Of a stretch of DNA of 53,449 nucleotides, positions 11,742 through 24,767 are shown in pieces; within the stretch, counting starts at the first letter, position 1, and each line of letters starts with the position of its first letter. Source of the stretch: Octopus bimaculoides. Its lineage: Eukaryota. A program made the translations under genes and the position numbers. The notes beneath the pieces are model-generated. The model saw only the letters and a program-made list of their open reading frames with translations, made no database searches and was not told where the DNA came from. The DNA lies in NCBI RefSeq assembly GCF_001194135.2, contig NC_068984.1, positions 62,274,635 to 62,328,083 of the forward strand, in the 5' to 3' direction.

Positions 11742-13756
11742 GAGTCTATGGTTGTTTTCATTACAAAGAATTATATCACAGCTAAGATGGTGGTTTAGAT
11801 TGCATTTTGAAACATGGCATATGAAATTTTGAACTTGTATATAGATGTGCTACAGCAAATAAGATCCTTCGAAATTATGGCATTCATGCAGAATACTTTT
11901 TAAGTATAAAATTACAAAAGGTGTGATTGCTTAGCGCGAACTTCCCGGTTAGATAATCCGTTTGAATGATTGTAACATTCATTTTCAGAAAAAAACAGCT
12001 TTATTCGCCAATATTGACAAGAAACTGATATTATTTATTCTCGTAACAATTCAAACTTCTGGATTTATTATATATTTACTGATGAAAGTAGTCTATCAGT
12101 TACAAATATTAACCAAAAACGTATATTAGCTCACTATTTTAGCAAATCCTACGTGAATGCACTACGATCTACGCTATTTGCAATAAGAATGTTATTGCTT
12201 TTTTTTTTAATTTCCTTTTGAAGTAAAATAATAACTCGTAAAACTGAAGGTGTAGCCCAATAATTTAAGACGGTTTTATGTGGATTTCATTATATGAATT
12301 TACATACTGTGAATTCTTCACTGGAAATTGTTGTGAGAATCGAAGTGATAGAAATACTGAAAAATATTTCTATCGTAATATAAAGAAAGCTGGTTTAAAT
12401 TGACTGAATGTTATAACCTGAATGCAATTTGACTGTATGCTTCCTGGTATTTATATATTCCACAGATACATCTGCATAGTACCATAATAAAACGAGTACA
12501 ACTAAAACAAAGTAATTTATCTAGTTCCCAAAAAGTAATTCAGTTTTCCTTGTCACAATCTATGATACTGTCTAATAGAAGTTGTTATAAACACTTGGGA
12601 TTATAATTAATAAGAAAATCAATAGTCACTTAACGTATGTGTAACATGTATATTACAAGATCGAGAGATATATTTCTATTTTTCGAAAAGATTTTCCCTA
12701 GAGGACTAACATATTTTTATCAAAGAAACTTCTGCAAATCTATATCAATGATGTTCTATGTCTCTCCTTTCATATGTTTTCATTTTTCTTTATAATTAAA
12801 AGACAGTACAAAAACTATTACTGACTTTATTGTTTTCTCTGTTGGGAACCATTTGCAATGAATTTATTCGATATTAAACATCTGCTTCTGTTACAATAAC
12901 ATACACGAGAAAAAATGGAAGATACATAATACCCATTAATAATTTACATTTGTGAAATAGAAGCACACAAACAATAGCATATATCTAACACTAACACATG
13001 TATTAACAATTATATCTTTCTCATATATGATTCAAATACTTGGCGATACCTCCATTTGTTCGTCAATATTCGCATTTTAAAGACACATTTAAAAATGTGT
13101 CGCATTGAAATCATTGGTTTCATATATGAATATATTTCAACTTTAATTTATATATTTTCAAAGTTTTATAATTTGCAAATGTTAATAGAAATTTTATTTG
13201 AAAAAGAAAAAAATTTTAAATGGAGGCAAAACATCTTGCATTTATTTTGAACAGTTAAATTGAACCAATGAGATTGCTGCCATAATGGTTTCACTTCGTG
13301 CAAGAAATAAATGCGAAATGTCTTCAAATCAGCTTCCATCATCTTTAGAAGGAAGTATTGACTAATGCAGACGTATGTCCACAGAAATGTGGAATCATGA
13401 TGGCTTCAATGCATTTCATTACGTCATTTCAATCTCGATCAACATTACCTAAATAAATTACATATCATAATAGTGTAATATAAACAAATTAACATGATAT
13501 ATTATATACATTTTATAAATGCACTTATTTCTACTTGCAAATTTTACAAAAGCATCTGTTTAGATTGGTTTTAAAAATGCTATCTTAAAAGCCAAATTTA
13601 AATAGAAATTACAATACAAAGATTTCAGGACATTTTATTCTTAAAAAATATTTACAATGAGTTTATATAGTTTCAAATTATATAATAGCTATTTCTAGTC
13701 GGAGCTTACAATAATCGTTGACATCATTGTGAGAAATATTCATCAAATAGTCCTTG

Positions 13757-13972
13757 CTCTATATGCACAAGGCCTGAAATTTTTCTTTTATTGTAAGGGT
13801 CGGGCTACTTGATTACAATGACATTAGGGCTCAGTTGGTAATTATTTCATCGATCCGGGAAGGATGAAAGGCACATGAAACATGACGTTATGTGTAATCA
13901 GAACGTAAAGCTGAAAGAAATGTCACTAAGAATTTGGGCTGAAATGCTAAGTATTCTGCAAGCTGGCTGTCT
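13757..13972 (-). mobile_element. SINE family A copy (degenerate)
   Basis: gcacaaggcctgaaattt...atcgatccgggaaggatgaaaggca...cagaacgtaaag matches the copy at 22447. Confidence 0.75.
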
Positions 13973-13976
13973 TATA

Positions 13977-14049
13977 TAATAATAATGATGATGATGATAA
14001 TGATGATGATAATGATGAAGATGATGATGATGATGATGATGATGATGAT
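13977..14049. repeat. (AAT)/(GAT)n microsatellite
   Basis: Direct run. Confidence 0.93.
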
Positions 14050-14050
14050 C

Positions 14051-14197
14051 CTTTCAACTTGAAGCATAAGGCCTCAAATTTTGGGGAAAGGATTAAGTCG
14101 ATTACATCGACCCGAGTGCATAACTTATTTAATCGACACCGAAAGGATGAAAGGCAAAATCGTCATCGGCAGAATTTGAACTCCAAACGTAAATCCC
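14051..14197 (-). mobile_element. SINE family A copy, 5'-truncated
   Basis: aaggcctcaaattttgggg...gtcgattacatcgacccgagt...ttatttaatcgacaccgaaaggatgaaaggcaaa...gaatttgaactc. Confidence 0.85.
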
Positions 14198-14346
14198 GAT
14201 GATCTGCCATTTTTTCAATTCACGGATAACTTTTACAACTTCGTTTACCGTAATCTCTCCAGTGTTGATTTTCAAGTCCTTATGCGCTTCTTTTATTTCG
14301 GTAGAGATTATGGGTTCTGGGCGATTAAAGATAGTGTGGAAGACAT
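14196..14346 (-). mobile_element. Non-LTR (RTE-like) ORF2 fragment, EN-RT linker
   Basis: FHTIFNRPEP...KINTGEITVNEVVKVIRELK/KNGRSSG resembles the LINE ORF2 I(T)xxEVxxAIxxLKNGKAxG region. Confidence 0.6.
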
Positions 14347-14394
14347 AGCCGACCAAAGAAAACGTGGCGGAAAACAATAAAAAAGATCATTAAA

Positions 14395-14645
14395 AGCAGA
14401 GGGTTAACACTGGAACAAGTTGCCAAGGACGATTTCAGTGTTATAAGTTGTCAGTGTTGTCGCCTCAAGTCCCAGGAGGCACAATGAGAGCCGAATGATT
14501 GAATGAATGAATTATAGGCACAGCGCCTGAAACTTTGGGCGAGAGAACTTGTCAGACGGGTAGTCATGATGGGTATAATGGGCTTCGTATATTTTACCCC
14601 AGTGTCACTCTGATGGCATGCACTACTCTCTCAATAATAATAATA
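14395..14645 (+). mobile_element. RTE-like 3' end followed by retroposon tail fragments
   Basis: RGLTLEQVAKD...VVASSPRRHNES, then a tgaa-type tail, then a second tail ending in (AAT)n. Recognition is by recall only. Confidence 0.4.
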
Positions 14646-14787
14646 GAAATAATAGTTGTCATACTTGTCAACTCGTCTAGTCTTGCTGCTAAGATGGCTA
14701 TTGCTACTGTTGTTTCGCGCCATGTGAACAGATGAAGCAGTTCATAGATTAAATTAATTCTAACGGTGAACAATGTCATTTTAAATT

Positions 14788-14822
<35 letters not shown>

Positions 14823-15286
14823 CACAGACACACACACACACACAGAGACACACACACACAGACACACACACACACACACACGCCACACANNNNNNNNNNN
14901 NNNNNNNNNNNNNNNNNNNNNNNNNNNNNNNNNNNNNNNNNNNNNNNNNNNNNNNNNNNNNNNNNNNNNNNNNNNNNNNNNNNNNNNNNNNNNNNNNNNN
15001 NNNNNNNNNNNNNNNNNNNNNNNNNNNNNNNNNNNNNNNNNNNNNNNNNNNNNNNNNNNNNNNNNNNNNNNNNNNNNNNNNNNNNNNNNNNNNNNNNNNN
15101 NNNNNNNNNNNNNNNNNNNNNNNNNNNNNNNNNNNNNNNNNNNNNNNNNNNNNNNNNNNNNNNNNNNNNNATATATATATATATATATATAATATTAGGG
15201 TAACAAAAAGTTTTAGAAATTTCTACTACCAGTGGCTTAGCGTGTAAAAAATTTAGTCAATAGACTACATACTATTCATATAAATA

Positions 15287-15943
15287 CAGTGTACATTTAA
15301 ACACATAAGAGGTATCCGGCATAGGATTCCTTGCACGCTAGAAGGAATAATTAAAATCCAAACCACTATTAGGGATAAACCTCGAAGGGAATGAAAAATA
15401 AGAACACTTACCATCTATATATCCTGGTCCATGGTTTCAGACATTTTTTTAGTAAATGAAATAATTTGCTAGGCGATGTCGTTATCAGCAGGTACGCCTG
15501 GATTAAACATATAAGTACGAGGCAATCCAGCATGTGCCCTGTGCTTATACATTATAATTTTGTTACCTTGATATTATTAATTTTTGATAATTTTTTCTAG
15601 AAAATTTTCGATATAACGCCGGCATCATTTTTATTTATTGCCGACAAAAAACAGCGCTTGCGCGGTAGATTTGAATAGTTATAATATGCACAGGGCACAT
15701 GCTGGATTGCCTCGTACTTATATGTTTAATCAAGGCGTACCTGCTGATGAAGGCTTCGCCGAGCAAATTACTTTATTTGCTAAAAAAAAGTCTGAAACCA
15801 TGTGCCAGGAGATAGATGATAAATGTTTTCATTTTTCATTCCCTTCGAGGTTTATCCCTAATAGTGGTTTGGATTTTAGCTGTTCCTTCTAGCGTGCAAG
15901 GAATTCTACGGCGGATACCTCTTACGTGTCTAAATATACACTG
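15287..15943. mobile_element. 657-bp non-autonomous fold-back element (Tc1/mariner-type MITE) with ~270-bp TIRs
   Basis: TA|CAGTG at 15285-15291 and CACTG|TA at 15939-15945. Arms 15287-15557 and 15679-15943 are inverted copies, with 9 mismatches in the outer 73 bp. Confidence 0.92.
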
Positions 15944-16748
15944 TATATATATATATATATNNNNNNNNNNNNNNNNNNNNNNNNNNNNNNNNNNNNNNNN
16001 NNNNNNNNNNNNNNNNNNNNNNNNNNNNNNNNNNNNNNNNNNNNNNNNNNNNNNNNNNNNNNNNNNNNNNNNNNNNNNNNNNNNNNNNNNNNNNNNNNNN
16101 NNNNNNNNNNNNNNNNNNNNNNNNNNNNNNNNNNNNNNNNNNNNNNNNNNNNNNNNNNNNNNNNNNNNNNNNNNNNNNNNNNNNNNNNNNNNNNNNNNNN
16201 NNNNNNNNNNNNNNNNNNNNNNNNNNNNNNNNNNNNNNNNNNNNNNNNNNNNNNNNNNNNNNNNNNNNNNNNNNNNNNNNNNNNNNNNNNNNNNNNNNNN
16301 NNNNNNNNNNNNNNNNNNNNNNNNNNNNNNNNNNNNNNNNNNNNNNNNNNNNNNNNNNNNNNNNNNNNNNNNNNNNNNNNNNNNNNNNNNNNNNNNNNNN
16401 NNNNNNNNNNNNNNNNNNNNNNNNNNNNNNNNNNNNNNNNNNNNNNNNNNNNNNNNNNNNNNNNNNNNNNNNNNNNNNNNNNNNNNNNNNNNNNNNNNNN
16501 NNNNNNNNNNNNNNNNNNNNNNNNNNNNNNNNNNNNNNNNNNNNNNNNNNNNNNNNNNNNNNNNNNNNNNNNNNNNNNNNNNNNNNNNNNNNNNNNNNNN
16601 NNNNNNNNNNNNNNNNNNNNNNNNNNNNNNNNNNNNNNNNNNNNNNNNNNNNNNNNNNNNNNNNNNNNNNNNNNNNNNNNNNNNNNNNNNNNNNNNNNNN
16701 NNNNNNNNNNNNNNNNNNNNNNNNNNNNNNNNNNNNNNNNNNNNNNNN

Positions 16749-16794
<46 letters not shown>

Positions 16795-16874
16795 TGTGTG
16801 TGTATACATACATATACATACAGATATATATATATATATATATATATATTTATTTATTTATACATACACACACA

Positions 16875-16955
16875 CAGCAAAACCTCGACTATCTCGGGTG
16901 TTACATTCCAAACCTCCTTGCGATAGGTGAATCGCGATGTTGCGAGTGGTTACTC
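16875..16955 (+). mobile_element. 81-bp internally deleted pogo/Tigger-like MITE
   Basis: cagcaaaacctcgactatctcgggtgttacattcc...gataggtgaatcgcgatgttgcgagtggttactc|ta. Both ends match the two ends of the element at 18630-18853. Confidence 0.6.
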
Positions 16956-18629
16956 TAGATACAGAATCAAAGTTTGGTTAGAGGGCTTCAAATTACAATT
17001 TTCAAACCTTGTTTTGGTGTACGTTACAATATTGCCACAGTCCAACCACTAATTTCTAAAGATCTAAACCACACTCCCACCAAATTCTTGACCACGTTGC
17101 CACAAATGACACGCATGAGCAACAGTCAAAGTAACCCACAAACTTTAGAGGCCTTTTCATTCAAAAGCCATTCTAACCTTCCCATTCATTCTTTACGTTG
17201 GATTTTTGTATTCCTTATCAACCACTCCCCGAATATACACCAGTTAACCTACCTCATTAAAGTATTTGGGAACAACTTAAAACATACGTTTGCTACCAAC
17301 ACCATCCTGCCACACATGTTAGCGAAATATGCATCTTATAACACTGAAGACTATTATGTAACCCGAGGAGGTTTCTTCTTCCCTGTGGGGTGCATTCAAT
17401 TCCATTATATCGCCTCCCACCACTACGGTGCAGTGCGGAAGTAAGCCGAATCGATCGCTGTGCTTAATAAAGTTTCCATCCAGTACACTCACTATGACAC
17501 CAAATGGCATATTACCAACTCCTCGAATCCATGCATATATATATATGGTACGTAGGTTAATCGTTTTTTATTTAGTATTTTTTCATTTGTCTTGCCCTTT
17601 TACAATCTGTTGGGTCGCTGAATTTTTACTGAGAACATATATTTTTTTTTTCGTGGTTAGATGATTCGGCATCTATTTCTAGCATATAGGAGTCCACTTT
17701 GCTGGTCATTCCTCTTATTTTTGTATGTAATATAATTTTAATCTTCGGATTTTTTTTAATATGCTAGACCACTGGTTTTAATTGATTAATATCAATTTCT
17801 ACCCTTANNNNNNNNNNTATATACCGACACGGCATCATGTATGTCTGTCATTTACGAACTCATCCTTTTAGATCTCTTTATCTATCTTTATTTCTCTTTA
17901 TTTCTCTTTTTCTACTTTTGGGTTCTTTTCTTATCCCCTTCTTTTTACTTCTGTTATTTCATTTTATTTCTTTATTTTTCTTTTTACCACCTTTCTCCAA
18001 CTCTTCTAAATATTTTATATGCATCTTACTTTAATATCCGGATTTTTTCTTATTTTTTCTTATATACCCCCCTCCCACCAACGATTTGACTTCTATTATT
18101 TTTGTATTAATATTTGTGTATTTTATATTATTTTATATTGTTTTCTTCGTATTTTATATTTGTTTTAACCTCCAACTTCTTCCTTTTTTGGACCCTCTCC
18201 TTCTAGCTCATATAAGCTAGTTATGTTTATTTAGCATTCACTCTACCCTGAATTGTGGCACAATGTGGACAGATTTCGGAATACCGATCAACTTTTATGT
18301 AAATGTATCAACTTAAAGAATAAACATATTACAATGTATATTACAATGGATATTACAATGGACAATACCAAGTGGACTCCCACTTTTTCTTTCTCATGTT
18401 TCTCTCTCTTTTACTTTTTCAAGATGTCTACGTCTTTGTGATATAATGCTTGGGAAATAATATATTTGCGGCTGAAGATAGCTTTATACCATCCTGTCTA
18501 TCAATTATATACCCATATAATGATGCAATGACTGTTTGTGTATAAAGCTTGAAACACGTGTACCGCGGAATCCTTTGTGTTCTGTTTTAATTTTACGTTT
18601 TTAATTTATATATATTATATATATATACA

Positions 18630-18851
18630 CAATATTCCCTCGCCATATCGCGGTTCACCAATCACGACTTATTAATGTAAGCTTATGTCTATTCCTCTCT
18701 AGCATTGTTTTGCATTTATAATAAAATAAATATATACAAATTATAATAATAATAATAATATCAATAAATATACAGTACTGTTTCTACTTCGCGGATTTTC
18801 ACCTATCCACAAGAGTTTTGAACGTAACGCCCGCAATAGTCGGAGTATCAC

Positions 18852-18853
<2 letters not shown>
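18630..18853 (-). mobile_element. 224-bp pogo/Tigger-like MITE
   Basis: Ends caatattccctcgccatatcgcggttcacc and (reverse complement) cagtgatactccgactattgcgggcgttacgttc...gataggtgaaaatccgcgaagtag; imperfect TIRs embedded in TA runs. Confidence 0.65.
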
Positions 18854-18885
<32 letters not shown>

Positions 18886-20353
18886 TATGTTTATCAAATA
18901 TATTTCGGCCTTTGATAATAGTCTCATTCTACTTGATAAATATCGTAATTATCTTTCAGTTTCTTCCCTAACAGGCACGTATATCGCACACCCACAATAT
19001 TTGTAATCGTTCGTAGATTAGCATTGAATTATACCCGATTAAGAGAGTTCATATGTGTTTTATTTTTCACACAAATACATACGTATGCATACGTACATAT
19101 ATATATATATATATATATAAAGCATACAAGTCTTATAAATACATTTATATCTAGATAAATATGTCAATGTATGTGTATATACATACAGTTCATTAGATAC
19201 TTATATATGGTAACATACACGCACATATTTGTATAAATAAATTTATATATATTTTAATATATATATATTTGTAAATATGTGTGTATATATATATTTAGCC
19301 ATTGATATTTTCTATACACGTGTGTGTATGTAATGTATATGCTAACATTAATTTTATTGATTTAAGAAAGAAAAACTTACCCTCCCTATTAGCTCCCTGC
19401 CCTTATTTTATGATAAATTACTAGTTGATTTTTCACAATACTACTGCCATTCATAACTCTCAAGATGAAATATTTGATTGCTCAAAGGTAGTCATTCATT
19501 TTTCCGCATAACATATTCTATAAATTTTATTTTTCTGTTTGTTTGTATATCATATATAGGTTTGCGTATTAATTTTGCCCTCTATCATTTGTTCAGTTTC
19601 ATTAAAAGGAAATCAAGATGTTATCTGGACATATTTATTTATTTTTTATTAGATGTGTGGTTTACGTTTGTGTATTTATTTATTTTATTGATGAGAAGTA
19701 GTGAGAGATTTATATTAACAATGTAACAATACAGTATATAATGTTGGGCAATATATGACATTCACTGATATCTCTTCTCTTGAATTGTATGATGAATGAC
19801 TAAAAGAAAGTATTAGAAATATGGATTTTCTGTCAACCTTAAAGATTGTCTGAAGATAACTTATTTTATTTAACATTTTCTTTTGCATTTCTGGTTTCTT
19901 AACTTTGAAAGGAAGTTCTCGGCAACTTAAAGAATAAAAGTATCAGTCCATCTAACTGAACTATTCAATATACCTAACAAATTTAGCACTAATCAATAGA
20001 CATTTCATAGACATCTAGAAAATGGAAACTAATAGAATATTGGCATTTGCATCTCTTTCTGTGAATATAAAATAATATTCAGAAAATCTATGCATTATTT
20101 TGACCTGAAGGTTTATGACATACCATTGCCAAAATCTTTTGCTTTCTTCCTAGATTTTGAATTATCAGTGAAAACTGAATATGCTACCAACACAAATAGA
20201 CATTAATATTGGCGATCATGATAATGATAATGATGATAATCATAACATTCTCTTCATTCGCCATCAGGGCTCATATGCAGAACAGAAAACAGGCCTTGTA
20301 AAAGGGAAAGGGTTAAAGACAACTGAAGATATGTATGATTATATATATTGGCA

Positions 20354-20570
20354 TCTCTCTCTCTCTCTCTGTCTCTGTCTGTCTCTCTCTCTCTCTCTCG
20401 CTCTCTCTTTCTCTTTCCGTATATATGCGTATATGTATTTACATATATGTAATTACATACATACATATATAGGCATGCACACATACATGCATGCATGCAT
20501 GCATGCATGCATACATACATACATATATACATACATACATACATACATACATACATACATACATACATAC
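20354..20570. repeat. Compound (CT)n and (CATG/CATA)n microsatellite
   Basis: Direct runs. Confidence 0.92.
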
Positions 20571-22446
20571 AATGTATATTGATTGATCGATTGAGTGAGT
20601 GATTCATTGACTGACTGATTGAAGCTAACATGATATATTAAATCATCTTAGCATGTTTAAAATTTTCACACTGAAAACATATATAGGGATAGATAACCAC
20701 AGAACAGTGATAAACCAATGCGTACATATGAACATAACTCCTCATGATTCCGACCATATTCCTGAAACTGAAACCTCTGAAGGTGCCCACGAGGCTGTAA
20801 CATTGCCTATTTCTTGTAGGGGCTCCTTTGTCAGGTCTATAAATCGTGGTCTGGTCTTTTAGGAAGTCTTAATGTTTTCGATATAATCAAGCACCATGTG
20901 AAAATCAGGTAGTGTTTACTGTAATATTTCTCCCCTTCTCTATCCATTTACTCATATTTCTAATAAGGTACTCCTTCATAATAATGACATATTCAGGCGG
21001 TCCTATGTAACGGTTGTCTGTGTTTAAGAGACTACAATCCACGTACTTGCCTAGTCTTGTACACCTACATTTTTCTTCTTTGTCACCCATCGACGAAAGC
21101 AGATTAATAGAAGCGTTACTTATAGACTTTAACCGGTCCTCTGCCAAAGAAGGCCTCCCTTTTTCTGTGCAGCCCAACATGACCAGGTCTGGTGCTGGTG
21201 ATATTCAGAAAGAGACGATATTATTTTTTTGGGTTCTGCATTGTCATTTCTGGTACAAAAGATAATTACAAATAAAGACAACTTACAAAGACGTAACACA
21301 TTGCAACCAGGATTCTGACATTCTTCCAACCCGATCATAGTCTCAATTTGCACATGAAGATTTTGGCCTACGTTCAACAATAAATGGATTTGACATCTTT
21401 TGGGCCATGATTTCTCAGTTAAACAGAGGCTACCAGCATAGTTTTTAAAAACCTGATACTTTCCCATTATAACTTCATCAATGAGCACATTACATCTAGT
21501 TTGCACATTACCCTGAATTTCAGTCACTCGGAAGCTGGGCAAATCATCTTTCTGTGATGGACAGCCAGATTCTCCCTTGCCTTGTGCTTGTATACATTCT
21601 TTCTTTATCTACTGTTTCTATTGTTTTTACTCTCTCACAAGTTATGAGTGCGCCCACCACTCTTCCCTATTCAAACGCCTCAATTGTTGGTATTTTCTTA
21701 ATTTAATACTGCGAAAGATTTGTGTTTCCCTCAATTAGATAAAACACAAGTTGATTTTAAATGCGGTTTAACACGTAAAAATTAAACGAAATAAAAGCTT
21801 TCTTCAGAAAAATTACTGATATACATTGCAATAATATGAAGTGACAACGTTTGCTGTCAGCGTATCTCGAATATCTAAATAATAAAAATAATTCGAGTCC
21901 CTATTTTTATGGATTGATTCATTTATAGTAGAAGTGACAGAAAGCTGTAAAAATAACATCGACTCCAGTGACCGTGACGTTGATCATGGCGGTTACTTTC
22001 AACTATGGGAAGGGCAACGAATGCGGAAATATTACAAGGACATTGCAAAGTCTTGAGTGTTTTGTAGAATCGATTATACTAAACAAGTATTGGAAATAAT
22101 AGTGACCACAAGAATGAAATGTTATGTCCCTATAAGGGTCCGAATGTAGGGCCAGTGAATGTAACCCATAGATGCACGAGTATCTTATCTAGGAGCTTTT
22201 TTTTCCTCGCATCGATGTATCCTCCAACTCGCAGACTAAGTTGTCGCCTTCACCGAAAAAACTCAGTAACTTTGCTCAATCTTTTCACACTTTCTAATCT
22301 GCAATCTCTTTCGTCTAAGCAACAAGCACGTAATGTGCTTGCTTTCTAAGCAGAAAAAGTTGGCGGAGTCATACGAAAGACTCGGTAAAAGTTCAATTTG
22401 TTTTTCATGCGGCTAGCTATGTTAGACATAGCTCTACTGTTTTCGA

Positions 22447-22651
22447 CTCTAGTCACAAGGCCCGAAATTTTGAGGGAGAGGACTAGTCGATTAGATCGAC
22501 CCCAGTACGCAACTGGTACTTAATTTATCGACCCTGAAAGGATGAAAGACAAAGTCGACCTCGGCGGAATTTGAACTGAGAACGTAAAGACAAACGAAAT
22601 ACCACTAAGCATTTTGCCCGATGTATTAATGAATCTGCCAGCTCACCGCCT
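22447..22651 (-). mobile_element. SINE family A, best-preserved full-length copy
   Basis: Reverse complement: aggcggtgagctggcaga...cgttctcagttcaaattccgccgaggtcgactttgtctttcatcctttcagggtcgataaattaagtaccagttgcgtactggggtcgatctaatcgactag...aaatttcgggccttgtg. tRNA-like head with a B-box-like gttcaaatt. Confidence 0.9.
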
Positions 22652-24714
22652 GCTCCACTATTAATAATATTTGTGCATTGCTCGAGTGTATTCAGAATAG
22701 TTTTTGTCACTCAGTGTATAACTTGTGAAAGGCACGTTTGATGATATTCATTTAGAAATGATCACGGTAAATAAGTATATCTAATACTTTAGGTGTTCCT
22801 CTTGGACGTTTAGTTACAGTATAAATAATTTACTGCAGCATTTATATAAATAATTTTAATAAATATATTTTCGATAGGATATAAATATATAAATAAATAA
22901 ATTGAGTAGGTTGTAGTTAAAGCAAGTACACGTCTTCAAAATTAGTAAAAGCGAATTCCATGCTGAAAACTGTAGATACTCTGTTCGCTTGTGGGATTAT
23001 ACTCGTAGATTTCACTTTTGGACACAAATGTAATATCAACTTTATTGAACTCTAGAAAACACGATTAAGGCCAAACCACTGTAATGTCAAAAAGTAAAGA
23101 TCGTCATGAACGAATGAGTCAAACGTTAGTAAGGAATCGTATGAGAGGAGAATTTGTAATACTGCATAAAATAAAGAACTAGAATAAAGATAAATTTAAA
23201 ATAATTGTGATTCAAGCGATCACCGTTTGTTTAGGGATTTCATTCAAAATCATGTATATTCAGATTCGATCTTAGAGCATGGAAGTTTAGTCAAGCTTCT
23301 TCTAACTTAACCTCGTGAGTAAAAATAGTTAATTCGATACGTATCAGATAGATTGAATTTGTTTTGGTATATTTCTTTTAATCCTGAGTCTAGTTTAATA
23401 CCAACATCTTGTCATTGATGTTTTAACTACGTCTACTCTGTCACAAGAACCCACACCACAACACTGATCTGAAAATTACCCGATATTCTAACTTGTTTGC
23501 TATCTACTGCAGAAGACATCCTAACGTGTTTGTTATCTACTACAGTAAATTTCTGTTTTTACTAATTTCGAAGACCATGAAAAATGTTTTGACTTTTCCT
23601 GTCTTATACCACAAAAAGTTATGAAAACTATTTTACTGTGTCATAAATGGGAGTTCCAATACCTAATTTTCACACAACTTTGGCTTGGTGAAGATCAACT
23701 GCGATTATTAGTGGATTGGGAGATGTCGAATGTGTATTTTAATATAGACATTAATCAAGTGATTAGTCATTTTAAACGCTATGTTTCATTTGTCAAGAAG
23801 ATAGTTCCTTTGAAATTCACTAATCAAACGAGGGGTAGTATTTAACGGGCCAAAATAAATCATAATTCCAGTTGAAGTTTGTGTAGATTAGACCACGATG
23901 TGAAACAGATCTCGATTCGAACTGATCCATGTGTAATTGCCTAACCTAACTCAACTTAGTAAGGCGAAATACCATACTTTCTTTGAAAGGGTTTTCAAAG
24001 ATCTTCTCCAAATAGATAACCAACCAACCAACAATACGAGTCTGTTGATACAATGTCAACTATTGAGAGTTGAACTATTTCGAGGGTAATTGTACTAATT
24101 AACCTTTAACATACTATTCATGTAGGTATGAGTGTACTTACCAGAAAAGTCAGAAACTGTCAATAGTGATTCAATGAATACAGAATTTTTGCTTCATTGC
24201 AATTCATAGTAGTAAGATACACAGGTACATATATGTTTATGTGTTTGTATGTCTGTATGTGTGTATGTGCGCGTGCTTATACATAAACAGATACTCGAAA
24301 AGAGATTACATTGTCGGAGGCTGTTCTTTAAGATAAGATCAGGTCTGAATGAGTAAACCAACGATAAAAAGCATTTCACACTTACTCAGAATACCATGAT
24401 TTTTTTCTTCAGACAATTTTTCTGGGATCAGATAATTCAATGTATCATCCCAATTGTTTTGAGACAGAAGGATGTCATCCGAGAGTTATCTTTGCTAAAT
24501 GAAGGAGATTATGTGACTACTCCCTATCTTGCATGAACTTTTATGATTTTCACGTGGACAAATACGTTTTTCCTTTACAGTTTCCAGTCAAAACTTTGGT
24601 TAAAATTTTGATTACATTCTGAAAGATGAGTGATAAATTGCCAAAGTTGCTTAGATCGGCGATACATTTATCAGATTTTTACTTCCCAACGAATGGTAGA
24701 TATTATAGTGTTTA

Positions 24715-24767
<53 letters not shown>

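Noticed and set aside
15745-15770. ctgatgaaggcttcgccgagc hammerhead-like string in the MITE arm
   Set aside because: There is no GAAA, and the opposite arm does not conserve it; chance match.
16974-17444. 156-codon plus-strand ORF
   Set aside because: It starts at TTG and has no recognisable motif in any frame I tried; probably old repeat debris. BLASTx would settle it.
16875-18853. A single 2-kb pogo element bounded by TIR-like ends at 16875 and 18853
   Set aside because: Each end has its own partner TIR nearby (16955 and 18630), so these are two separate MITEs.
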